A stretch of 64,000 nucleotides of DNA, taken from Cenococcum geophilum. Lineage: Eukaryota. The notes below the pieces were generated by a model. The model ran no database searches and had not been told where the DNA came from. It saw only the letters and a list, made by a program, of their open reading frames with translations. The DNA is taken from the NCBI GenBank assembly GCA_050273025.1, contig CP158636.1, positions 11,842,001 through 11,906,000 on the forward strand, given 5' to 3'. The position numbers were made by a program, and so were the translations under genes. Below, piece by piece: positions 53,363-64,000 of this stretch; the first letter of the stretch is position 1, and the number at the start of each line of letters is the position of its first letter.

Positions 53363-55469
53363 CTAACCTAGCGCCCTCTATTAACGCCTAGCATATAAAT
53401 AGGAAGCAAATATTAGAAAGATACTAGAACTATAAAAAAAAAAGAAATATATAAGTCCTAGATTTAGAAATATTAAAGAAGTTTCTATATAAAGACCCCT
53501 TATATATACTTAAAGAAGTTCCTATATAAACAGCCCTATAAGTATAGCTATAAGTCTAAGCCCTCTTATGTAACCCAACTACCCCTCCCTACTATACTAG
53601 AATAGATAAACAACCGCTATATACTATAAGCAGAGAAATAATTTAAATAAATAAAAAATACTATAAAAAAACATGTTTATATCCTTAAGATATAAATCTA
53701 TAAGTACCGTAGTCTTAAATACAACTAATAGTTACTAAGGTGGCATGCGTCCTAAGTCTATAAGAAATTTAAAAAATCCTAGGTCGTTAGTATAGATTTA
53801 CCTTCTAGTATCACTTTTAAGGTAGTAAATAAATTCATCTAAGTAAAAGCATAGATTATCGCGAATGCTTTATAGCTCGCTATAAGTTAAGTAGGTAGAG
53901 ACTCTAGTAGGAATAGTAAAATATTATTTTATTTCGTAATAGGCTAAACAAAAAGTGGCCAAAGTTTTAACCCTTTTACCAGCTTTTATTAGAAATCTTC
54001 TTTATATTTATATCCTATACTTATAGATTTAAGACTATAAAGCTAAGGCCACTATATCCAACCGTCGCCTATATGGCCTCGTCGCTTAATATCTCTTTAT
54101 TACTATCTACCCTTATTTCTTAATCTTTAGTACTAAAACCATTTTCTCCGTCATATAATATCTCTACATCCCATTCTTAATCCTTATTACTAAAGTCACT
54201 TTCCCAACCAGCTAACGCCTCTACGTTGCCGTTATCTCTAAAGTCGATTTCTCTATTTATAAACGCCTACTTACTAGCTAATAATCTAGGGATGCTGCAC
54301 TTATAGGTACTTAGAGTTACAGATACCACTTAAGGAGAAATCGTAGTTAATATTATTGGGATATAGAACAAGCCTATAGACCTCTAAATACTAGCTACTC
54401 AGCGCTTTAAGTAAAAGATCTCCCTTAACGCAAGGCAGATTAATAAAAGTTAATTACCACCTATATAAGGCGGAGCGCTTATAAAGGGCTTAGCCAGAAT
54501 AGCAATTAAACCACCCTAGAGGCACTAATAGCTCCTTTGCCATAGATAGGGGGTTAATATACAAGATTAACTAGCTAGGATAAGTTTACTACTTAGGCAG
54601 TGTTTTGCCCCAAAAAGGATAGGTGTCGGAAGTAGATTATATAATGCTATTCCTACTAAGAGAGGCGTTATTAGGGGTCATTTTTAACTTCTAATTCTAG
54701 TTTATAACTTTATATAAACGCTTTTAAACCCTACTAAGGTATACAGCATCCATTGGGGATTATTAGCCATTTAAGTTCAACAGCAGCTTAGCTAATAGCT
54801 ACCCCTAATAATGCCTCACTTATAGATCACTCTAGGCACCTATAGTCTCGGGCGTAGACGATACATAAGCTGAGAGTAATTACAGCTACTAAATATTATA
54901 CTACAGACACCATATAAAGTGGAAAGGGGCGGCTAGTATACTCCGCCTTTCCCTTCTACCTTTTATCCTAACTTTGCCTTAGGAGAGAAATAAAATATAA
55001 ACGTTATACTCCTAATTCTTATATGCCATTAATTTAACTTACCTTTAAATCTAACCTCTTAACTATATATCCCTTACCATCTTTATAAGAATACCAGACA
55101 TTATATATATTACCTTAACTAAGCTTAAATACATTGCTAACATAACCTATAGGTCCTCAATTAGTGCTTATAAAAACATCACAATATACTATCGCCCTAA
55201 AGATAATATACCTAATCATTAACCTACTAGAAACCTTAAATTATCTCAGAATTGTATTAATAATAAAGACACAGCATCTAGTAGCGGGGAGGAGAAACAA
55301 TTGTAGCTTTCCAACCCTATATAGAAACAGATACCTTATACGCCTACTTAAACACCTAATAAGGCCAATTCTTACGAAAACAATAATAATACAAAGGGCG
55401 ATATATAAGAGGATACGGTTTAGGGAGGTGTATAAAAAATATACCTTAATTATCTTAGGGGATTAAAAA

Positions 55470-56720
55470 GCTATAGCGAAACTAAGATAGACTTACCTAA
55501 GCTAATAAAGGACCATAGCGAGGCTAAGATAGACTCGCCTTAACTAAGAGAGAACCATATTAAAGGCTCATCCCAGTAGATAAATATAGTCGTAGGTTTT
55601 AAATATATTTCGCTAGTACCTAGAGGTATATTTACAAGACACCTATATTATTTAGCAATACTAATAATTAAGCAAAGAATGGTTTAGTCTCTATATATCT
55701 ATTTAAAGTATTAACAATTTCTAATACCAAGATCTTAAGCGGATAAGTAAAGTATCTTATATCCTAGTTACCTACTTATTATATAATAAAGGATATAATA
55801 TATCTCTAAAACCCCAGTTATAAAGGAATTATATCTTTATATAGTCCTATTATAGTAATATACTGGTATCCTACCTAAGTTTTAGCAGTGGCTATACCGC
55901 AAAAGAAACTTTCATTATACTATACTAAGAATCCTCGTCACCTTTACCATTATGCTAAGATACATAAACCGCTTAAAGATGTTATAATTGAGATAGCTAA
56001 GAAGGGTAAATCGTATAAGTAAGGAGATTAACCAGGATAGTAGTAGATGCCCTTTACACCTGCTTACACAACTAAGGAGGTTAACTCTTATAAAATCGAC
56101 GATAATACGGAGGGTAATATATAAGAAAATACGGAAATATACGCTAATTACCTCAAGAGCCTAAAAGGCCGCAGCGAAACTAAAACAGTCTTACCTAAAC
56201 CAATAGAGAGCTATAGCAAGGCTAAGACAGACTTACCTTAACCAAAAGAGGTTCATATTAAAGGTTTACCGGTACCTCTAGGTATATTTATAAAACACCT
56301 ATATATTATTTAGCAATACTAATAATTAAATAAAGAATAGTTTAGCTAATCCTATAAACTTCCTTAGAGATATACCTCCCCTAACTAAAGTGTTAACAAT
56401 TTCCAATGCTATAATTTTAGACGGACAACTAAAGTATCTCTTATTATAGTTACTAACTTACTATATAATAGAGGACTTAAAGCGTCTTTAAAACCCTAAA
56501 TATAGATTAGTTATATTTATATATAGTCCTATCACAATAATATCCTAGTATCCTACCTAGGTTTTACCCACAGGTATACCGCATAAGAGACTTATATCAT
56601 ACTATACTAAAAACCCATATCACCTCCGTTGTTATACTAGGATATATAAACCGCTTAAAGATATTATAATAGAGATAGCTTAAAGGGGTAAACTATATAA
56701 GCAAAGAGACCAACCAAAAA
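55470..56720 (+). repeat. Diverged tandem duplication of a ~0.6-0.7 kb, probably coding, segment
   Basis: Shared blocks GGTATATTTA(C/T)AA(G/A)ACACCTATA...TTTAGCAATACTAATAATTAA (55625 and 56281), TGGTATCCTACCTAAGTTTTA / TAGTATCCTACCTAGGTTTTA (55864 and ~56546) and AAACCGCTTAAAGAT.TTATAAT.GAGATAGCT (55966 and 56648). Confidence 0.8.
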
Positions 56721-57850
56721 AGGCGCCAGATAATTATTTAGAAGATCTATTAATAAGAGGGACACGCAAAAGAAAAGTAGATTGCACCATAGATAAAGCC
56801 TCCAAGAAGCCAAAGAAATAAGAAATTTCTTATAAGAAAAGATTTTCGCAATCACATTTATATTTTCTAGCGCTAAAAATTAAGGCGCCAATTAGAATTT
56901 CCTTAGCTTAGTATTGTTTTTCTATCTAGTTACTTCCATATTAAAAGTATCTCATTATTATTTACATATACATTAAATTAAAGTTAAGAACTCGCTTATA
57001 GTAAGCTTATAAGTCCTCCACCTTTATATACTTAGCAGCAATAAGTTAGCCGCCCTATAACTTACTTAGTCCTCCATAAAGAATTAAAGTTAAAGTATTA
57101 AAGTCTCTAGCGTTTTTATAAGTAACTAGGGTATAGGTTAACTCTAAATTTCATATTAATAAGGTAGGAATGTTAAAAATAAATATAGAATATCTCTCTT
57201 AATATTAAAAATAGAATCTTACTTTAAGAACTAGATCTAATTCTAAAGACTATATCCTATCCCAATTCTAAGCCAAATATACTAAACATAGCTAAAAAGG
57301 TATAGCGTTAAGCCAAGCGGTTCAATGGTCTTAAAAGAAAGAAGCTATTTTTAGTTATAGCTTAAGTTATAATTCCGGAAATGGAATCTAATTCTAAAAC
57401 TAAGATCCTAATTTAGGTTTATAAAGTAAACCAATTAACTACTACAAAAAGGGTGCGATCCCAAAAAAGGATCCGGTTCTAAAAACTAGATCCTAGTTAT
57501 AGGAAACAAGTTAATTACGCGCTATAAAATAGGGTTAGCTATATCTATATTTAGCATATTAGGTTTAGCTCATTTTAAAACCAGCCACGTAATTAATTAT
57601 AGGTGCTTACACGACCAACCCAATAATTAACCCACTATCGCCAGCTGTACCTTACCTAGCGCCTTTTAGCATCGCCGCATTAGAGCCTTACTCTATTTAA
57701 GCCTTATACGTCGCGGAATAAACTAAAAGCTAATAACCATAATTACTAATAAATGCTACCTATAACTTTCCAATAATACCAGAACCCTATATACGCACTA
57801 TATTTTTAACCCACACAACTAGGACTACAAACGATATTTCCTATACTTTA

Positions 57851-58037
57851 GGTTATCGTAGCTTAGTAATTAACTAAGCCCTGCAAAGCCTCAGTCTAAG
57901 CCACATTAGATTAGCTTAACTTTTCTCCAATCGCGTACAGCTAGAGGGGGCCCTATATTTTGGGTTATTATAGCTTAGTATTTAACTAAGCCCTACAAAG
58001 CCTTAGTCTAAGTTACGTTAGATTAGCTTAACTTTTC
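57851..58037. repeat. Direct repeat of ~75 bp upstream of the kinase pseudogene
   Basis: GGTTAT..TAGCTTAGTA.TTAACTAAGCCCT.CAAAGCCT.AGTCTAAG..AC.TTAGATTAGCTTAACTTTTC at 57851-57925 and ~57963-58037. Confidence 0.85.
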
Positions 58038-58279
58038 CGCACCTAATCTTTAATCCTCTACGTGTTTACTCGCACCTTACTTCCTTCCTTACACTTTTCT
58101 CCCTAGTTATTTTCTCATTGCAAGACACCACCAACGTATTCTCAACCTTCCTACACTTATTTAATTCTCTACCATTATACCGTCCGTTATATGCTAGCCT
58201 CTTTAATCTCCCCTTTTTGCTTACCTATCCGCCTACCACGCCAGCCACCCTAATATAGCTTTTATTAAATTTGCCTATA

Positions 58280-60661
58280 ATAGCAAATCTCTCTAAATTA
58301 GAGATAATTAAAGCGAAACCTATCAGGGAAGGACTAAATAACTTTTATAATTTATTTAACTTAACTTATTAGAATTTAGGCATCTCTAGCTCTTTAGACT
58401 TATTACACTAAATAGATAATAAAGGTAATTATTAATTAGTCTACTATAGATCCCGTCTAACACACATAGGGCCTAAGAATCTCGTTATTAACCTTATCCT
58501 AGCATTACAAAACCTTCCCACTACTTAACTACTCCCATCTAGCGCTGGCCGCGGCACTCTTTATAGTGACCTTCTCCAACTCCTCCTTTCGGTTAATTCT
58601 AATAACTTTAATATTAAACAGTTCACCCCTCTCCTAAAAACAGTTCTCAATTATAAATTAGATAAGGACGTTTAGAGCAAAACTATCGCCACTATCACAA
58701 AGCCTACGCCTCTTCCCCAACCGCTACCATTTTACGTTTAAACCCTACATCTATATAACACAAGCAGCTTCGCTAACTCGTCTAAATATAGGAAATACGT
58801 AGATAATGTTTTAAAGGAGGAGCTAGGCCCTCTTTATATGGGGATTCCTAGCTTATATAAAGCATTCTTTAGGGGAGTAGAAGGTCTTAAAGAGGCAAGC
58901 GCTGCCATTTTTAAGAAATGTAAGGAAGGGAATAATCCACTATACGCCAATAAGGGCGGCTAGCGTAACTAGCCTAAAAGCGCAGAGCAAAATAATATCC
59001 TAGAGTAGTTCAATAACCTAATTAAATCATTTTTAGGTATTGTAGAGAAGCATAGGTCCGCCCTAAAGATATGACAAAAGCTTGTCATATATACTAAGCA
59101 GCCCTTATAAGGGTCTACGGCGAAGCAAAAGCTAGACATTAGTTTTATAAATAATCCAATGGCTAGCGAAAGCTCTTAATACTATTAGTTACATATACTT
59201 ATACTAAGAGAGCTAAAGAGTAATCTAAATACTAATATAGCCTTACAGGCATAGTTTGCTTTAGGGAAATATATAAGAGAAGTCTTCGCCACTTAGGACA
59301 CTCGTTACTTTATCCTAGGCTTTACCCTCTATAGATCTATTATACGGCTATAGAAGTATAATTAGGTAAGAGGCATTACATCATTACTATTTAATATTAA
59401 TAAAGACGGACTATAATTTACCTTAATAATATTAGGATTTCTCTAGATAAATAAGGAGCAGCTTAGGTTTAACCCTACTATTCTAACATCAGACAGCAAG
59501 CGATATATTAAGATCGTGCGCAATAATTAAACTAAGCATCTTATCCTTAATAAACTTATAAAGCGGGCACGCTATATCGCTAGTTAAGCAACTACTTACT
59601 AAAAAGCACACCGTAAGGGGACACCTAAGATACCCCTTATTATTAAAGACTTATAGTAGTACCCAGAGCGTAAGGAAGAAGGTAAACTACTATATAAGAT
59701 ATTAGAGAAGGAAGTGGTTAATATAGCTAGGTACTATTACTATAAGACTATTCGCGTAAGTAAACAAGATAATAATATTTTTAATATCCATAAGGGGCTA
59801 GATATTATAAAAGCAACAAACTATAAGCTAAAAGGCTTAATAATGCCTCCTAAACTAGCTAGAGTGTAAGGAAGTATAAAAAAAGGTTAAAGTTCTAGCA
59901 GAAAGAGGTCTTCTAGCTACAGCGCCCTATTACCACCCGGTAAGCGCCTATATTTAACCTCTTTAACTAAGCGCCCTATTATACAGAATCGCGTACACTA
60001 ACGCGTTATTACTAGTAACTACAGGAAGCCTCTTTATAAGGCAAGCTCTTAGGCTGCAATGCTTACTATACTAGAGGGTGGCATTAAAGGATACGAGTCT
60101 TTATATACGCAGGCCGGCATTATTTAATATAACATTTTAATAGGCAACCTTATAATAAACAAGGAAGACAACAATCCTTTTTAGCCGGCATTCTTAATTA
60201 ACTTTAATCTCGCGATTAAAGAGAAGCGAGAAGGACCTTTAAGAGCACGGGGTAAGACTAACACAAGAGCGTTTATGGCTATAGGAGTGCTTCTAGGCGA
60301 GAAACACTCCTTTAGGTATAATCTAAAGTCATTCTTCTAGGTGCTTTTCTAAATATACGTACACTATAATAGGCCGGGTAAAGATATCGGTCTAACTAAG
60401 TTTAAGCGTTAGAACTATAAGAATACCACTAAGTTAGCTAAGTTAAAATCGGGGCTAGTAAACAGGGAAGGGTATTTTCTTAACCGTATAGCTAAGGCAT
60501 TTACACCTTACTACTAGCCGCTAGTCCTATAGGTTAATAAAATACAAAAGGTGGTTTTCCTAACAGACGGGAAGTAGAAGAGGGAAGATAGGGCGCTTTA
60601 TTTCTAGATAAAAGAGATTCTCTAATAAGCATAGAAGGATCTAGAGGTATTAGCAGAGTAG
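58280..60661 (+). pseudogene. Fungal protein kinase (FunK1 / Pkinase_fungal) pseudogene (cargo)
   Basis: De-RIPed motifs: NTSSFANSSEHRKYVDDVLKEELG, LQGSTAKRKLDIGFV, HWSHILVPGELKSN, YVREVFA.QDTRRFILGFTLCGSIMRLW, EQLGFDPTI, GRATTCWKA, LVIKDSWQYPER, FLIDFDLAI, KTGTRAFMAIG and HSFRHDLESFFWVL. Intron at ~58424-58469. Confidence 0.9.
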
Positions 60662-60954
60662 ATAAAATAACATTTTATTATCCTATATTCTTCTACCATA
60701 CAAGTTAAAGTTTTATAGAGATTTGGGCGGCTAAGACTAGGCAGCAGCCTTAATTAAAACACATATAAAATAGCGTTAGGCGAGTCGCCTAGGCTAAATA
60801 AAACCTAGAAGAGTAAATAACCTAATCTTCCGCCAGATTATCAGGTCCCTACACCCTATTATCCTATATAGGCTTTATTTTTCCATAAAGCGCGCAATCC
60901 ACTCTCTAGCCTATTAGAAGCCGCTTTATACCGCCTAAATAAAGGCCATAGGGG

Positions 60955-61225
60955 AATTAATCCTATCTTCTAACCAATCCCCTGCTTAAATAAGTCCCCT
61001 ACTTAAACAAATCCCCTACGGGAGCAATTGCCTACGTATTTCGCCACCCTATAGGAATTAGTCCCCTACGGGATTTAGTCCCCTACTCTAACAAATCCCC
61101 TATACCAATAAATCCCCTATACTAACAAATCCCCTACTCTAATAAATCCCCTATGCTAATAAATCCCCTACTCTAATAAATCCCCTACGCTAACGAATCC
61201 CTTACTCTAACAAATCCCCTATAGG
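60955..61225. repeat. ~17-bp minisatellite (AACAAATCCCCTACTCT-like)
   Basis: Repeated aaatcccctac / agtcccctac units. Confidence 0.85.
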
Positions 61226-62689
61226 TGCTAATGCCCATATATTCTACCGCCCTACAAAAACCAATCCCTTGCAGCTTACACTCCTATATAGCTTTTACTC
61301 CCCTACAGAAGCCCACAGCCATGTTTTCCTCTCCCCTACGGGAACTAATGCCCTACGGCTTCCATTCTCCTATTCCCAGATCTACTAGTAATTCGCCCCC
61401 ACTATAGCCTACTATATAGGCCTTGTTATTATAGGAGTAAGCAAGTATATATGCTTATACCCCGTATAGAAATAAAAGCCATTTATACACTAGTTACCCG
61501 CAATTGCGGTTTTAGGAAAATAGTAGGCACCTTAGGTTATCTAGTTATATTTATTAAAATACAGGCCTATAACTATAGAAGACACTATTACTTATACGGA
61601 AGTACCACAGCTGTTATAAGCATCAGCCTAGCCTAGTATATAAATCTAAACATAAAAGGAGGCGCGGCAGCCTAGGTAGCTTTATTAAGCTCCTATATAT
61701 ATATCTCCAATTACTCTAAAGCTTCCTTTCTACCTTCTATAAACGCTATATCGCCGGAATAGGCTCTAGACCTCATCAATGCTCCCTTATACTTAAATTC
61801 CGCCAGAATTACTCTGCCACCATAGTAGCTAAGTTCGCCTAAAAAAAGCCAATTAAATAAATTATGCATAGGAACCGCAAGCCGGCGAATATCGGGCACA
61901 ATATACACAATGGCAACAATTTTATAAATCTTTAAGATATTAGGGACCTGCTCACCTAATATATAGGCAATTACTTACCTTTACCTCTCTTAAATTTTCT
62001 TCTTTCTATTCTATATAGGAGACCTTTCCTCTCTTCCTTAAAGATAGTTTCCCCTACTATTAGAACCCAATAGATCGAAGTTTTGCCTATATTAGACGTA
62101 TCTATTATAAAAACAGGTATCTAAGAGTAGTAGTTAGATTATTAATGATATAGAAGGAGTAGGTTATATACTACTTACCTTTAGCAGGTGTTATAGTTAC
62201 TAGCCTTTAGAGGTCTTTAAAGGTCTTTAAAAGTCTTTAAAGGTCCTTAGAGGCCTTTAATAGTCTATTTATATATTAGTTAGTAAAATACTAAGCAGAG
62301 GCCATATATGCATGTCTATAAGGCCAAGCTATATAACAATTCTTATTAGAGCAATAAAAGCGTACATAGACTTAAGCTGGGCTATAAACAATATAAAATA
62401 CAAAGTTACGCGTAAAGGCAGCCTAAATCCAAATCACTAAACCGCATAAACACAGGAAGACGCCACTCACTCTATATTTCTATTCTTACGTATAAAGAAG
62501 TTCCCGCTATATACCATAGGTGGTAAAGATTAGTAAAGGTCTTAACCTAACTCAGGGTCACTAAATAGTAAAGAAGGGGTAAACAGACATATTACACCCT
62601 AGCTCATAAAACTTAGGTATATTGCCCCTTAGCTACCCTAGTCACCTAACTACAATAAAAGCTTGCAGATATATATAAGATAATAATGT

Positions 62690-63540
62690 TCTTAACAGCC
62701 CCCGCCCCTAATCGTCCTTAGAGAGATATTTAGAACTACTCCTTTTCCTAGCCCAGTTTACGACGTTTAGATTAACCCCTAATATAGCAACTACTAAATT
62801 TATCTTATAACTTATAGACCTTACTAAGAAGCTTAAACGGGTTATTAAAAGTATCCCGCGCTCTTATATACATCCTATAAAAAGCAACTATCGGACGATT
62901 AAAGATTTAGGTATAAGGCTTTTTAAGGCTATAAAAAAGCTCCCAGTGGAGATTAAAGCACTTAAAAAAAGACGTATAGAGTCGGCTTATAAGGAGGGTA
63001 AATAGCGGTTAAACTAGGCACAAGAGAACAGAAAAGACACTATTACTAGTTCGAACTTAAAGAATTAAGGGATATTTACAAAAAACATAGCACTTTTCTT
63101 TAGCGGTCTAAAGGATTTAGTTATTAATTTAGACGTAACCTAAATAAGAAAGCAAGCAACCTAAGAAAAATGCGAGCGGATTTATAGCCTAAGTCCTAAC
63201 GGGATAATTTCCTAGGCAGCGGCCTTTAACCCTACCATATAGACGGCAAATTTAATATTAAAGGATACGTTCAACTTTATAGTCAAGCGGATTGACCTAG
63301 AGGATATTTAAGTGTGGCTATCCAATATATATTATATACTAAATAGTTTAGGAACCAAAGAGCCGTTATAAGAATTCTAAAAATATTATAAGTTCCTAAA
63401 AGGTAAGATCTACTTTAGCAAGAACTTTTAAGCATAAAGCTAACAGCTATTAGCCGCCATAGAAGACAGGGAAAAACCTATAGTATTAAATCGGTTAAGG
63501 AAACGGAGGCGTATTAATAAGCCTATATATAGACATAAGT
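62690..63540 (+). pseudogene. RIPed coding remnant, K/E/R-rich, unknown function (cargo)
   Basis: Codon-like frame ...DLTKKLKRVIKSIPRSY...RLFKAIKKLPVEIKALKKRRIESAYKEG...KDTFNFIVKRIDLED... broken by RIP-type stops. No family recognised. Confidence 0.4.
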
Positions 63541-64000
63541 AGGATTCACCTTCGTTATATTAAAGGCTATGCTAACAATATATACTATAGAAATTCAATA
63601 CGCATTCACAAACGCGCCTACCAATTATATCCCCCTTTTAGGCAACTTTCTTTCCAAGGCAGTCCAGACTAGCAATTAATGGGAAAAGGAAAGAAGACTA
63701 GGACTTCTAATAACAGAATATTTAACTACACTAATTCCTAAGGGAGAAAACATAAATATCTCTATTACCCTCTAGGTCGGTTATTAAGAGGCGGTTCTAA
63801 TATACAACTTATTTAAGCTCTAGCGGACTTAGGTATTATCTTTACCTAACCATCTATTACCTTAACCCCACACCCAGTAGGAATAGGATGCGATTCATCC
63901 TATATAATATCTTTAAGTAGTCTAGTGCCTTTAGGTGCTTTAAGATTAGAGATCCTAATAAATACACCTCTAAATATTATTGTTTAATTATAATCTACCA

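Larger units (their letters stand above)
45739..64000 (+). mobile_element. Left part of a putative Starship giant transposon (captain plus cargo), RIP-inactivated, right end outside window
   Basis: The DUF3435 gene is the first gene, ~285 bp after a TTAC (45735-45738) where Gypsy sequence appears to stop. Downstream are RIPed non-TE genes and minisatellites. The Gypsy 3' LTR is missing. Confidence 0.7.

Noticed and set aside
58280..60661. Spok-type meiotic drive gene
   Set aside because: The recovered motifs fit FunK1/Pkinase_fungal throughout, and I recognise no Spok-specific architecture.
1479..61908. Remaining short ORF-track entries as functional genes
   Set aside because: They are I/L/Y/K-rich chance frames from RIPed DNA, or surviving fragments of TE proteins such as 16099..16287 (LINE RT), 27695..27901 (gag) and 40332..40571 (integrase).
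1400..64000. Alternative genetic code or stop-codon readthrough explaining the many TAA/TAG
   Set aside because: Stops fall at expected Gln/Trp/Arg codons along with genome-wide CpA/TpG loss, and paired LTRs differ by transitions. This is RIP.

Overview
Filamentous-ascomycete (Pezizomycotina-type) DNA. One intact three-exon gene for a predicted membrane protein (83-1373) is followed by about 62.5 kb of AT-rich sequence degraded by repeat-induced point mutation (RIP; CpA->TpA and TpG->TpA). Target-site duplications (TSDs) let most of it be resolved into nested elements. A hAT transposon lies at 1571-5426. A chromodomain Ty3/Gypsy element starts at 6488 and hosts Copia A (7601-13723), a 5'-truncated Tad1-like LINE (14247-16396), a Fot1/pogo transposon (18779-36150) and Copia D (36980-43270). 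The Fot1 element itself contains Copia B (19524-25483) and Copia C (26305-35862), and Copia C contains an unexplained 3.3-kb poly(A)-tailed, TSD-flanked, apparently non-coding insert with 17 hairpin repeats. At about 45738 the Gypsy stops at a TTAC with no 3' LTR. About 285 bp later a RIP-inactivated DUF3435 tyrosine-recombinase ('captain') gene begins, followed by RIP-damaged cargo-like genes (BTB/POZ protein, FunK1 kinase, unknown ORFs) and minisatellites. This is best read as the left part of a dead Starship giant transposon that runs off the right edge of the window. Protein identities come from by-eye translation with mental reversal of RIP, not from database searches. Almost all ORF-track entries beyond 1.4 kb are fragments or artefacts.
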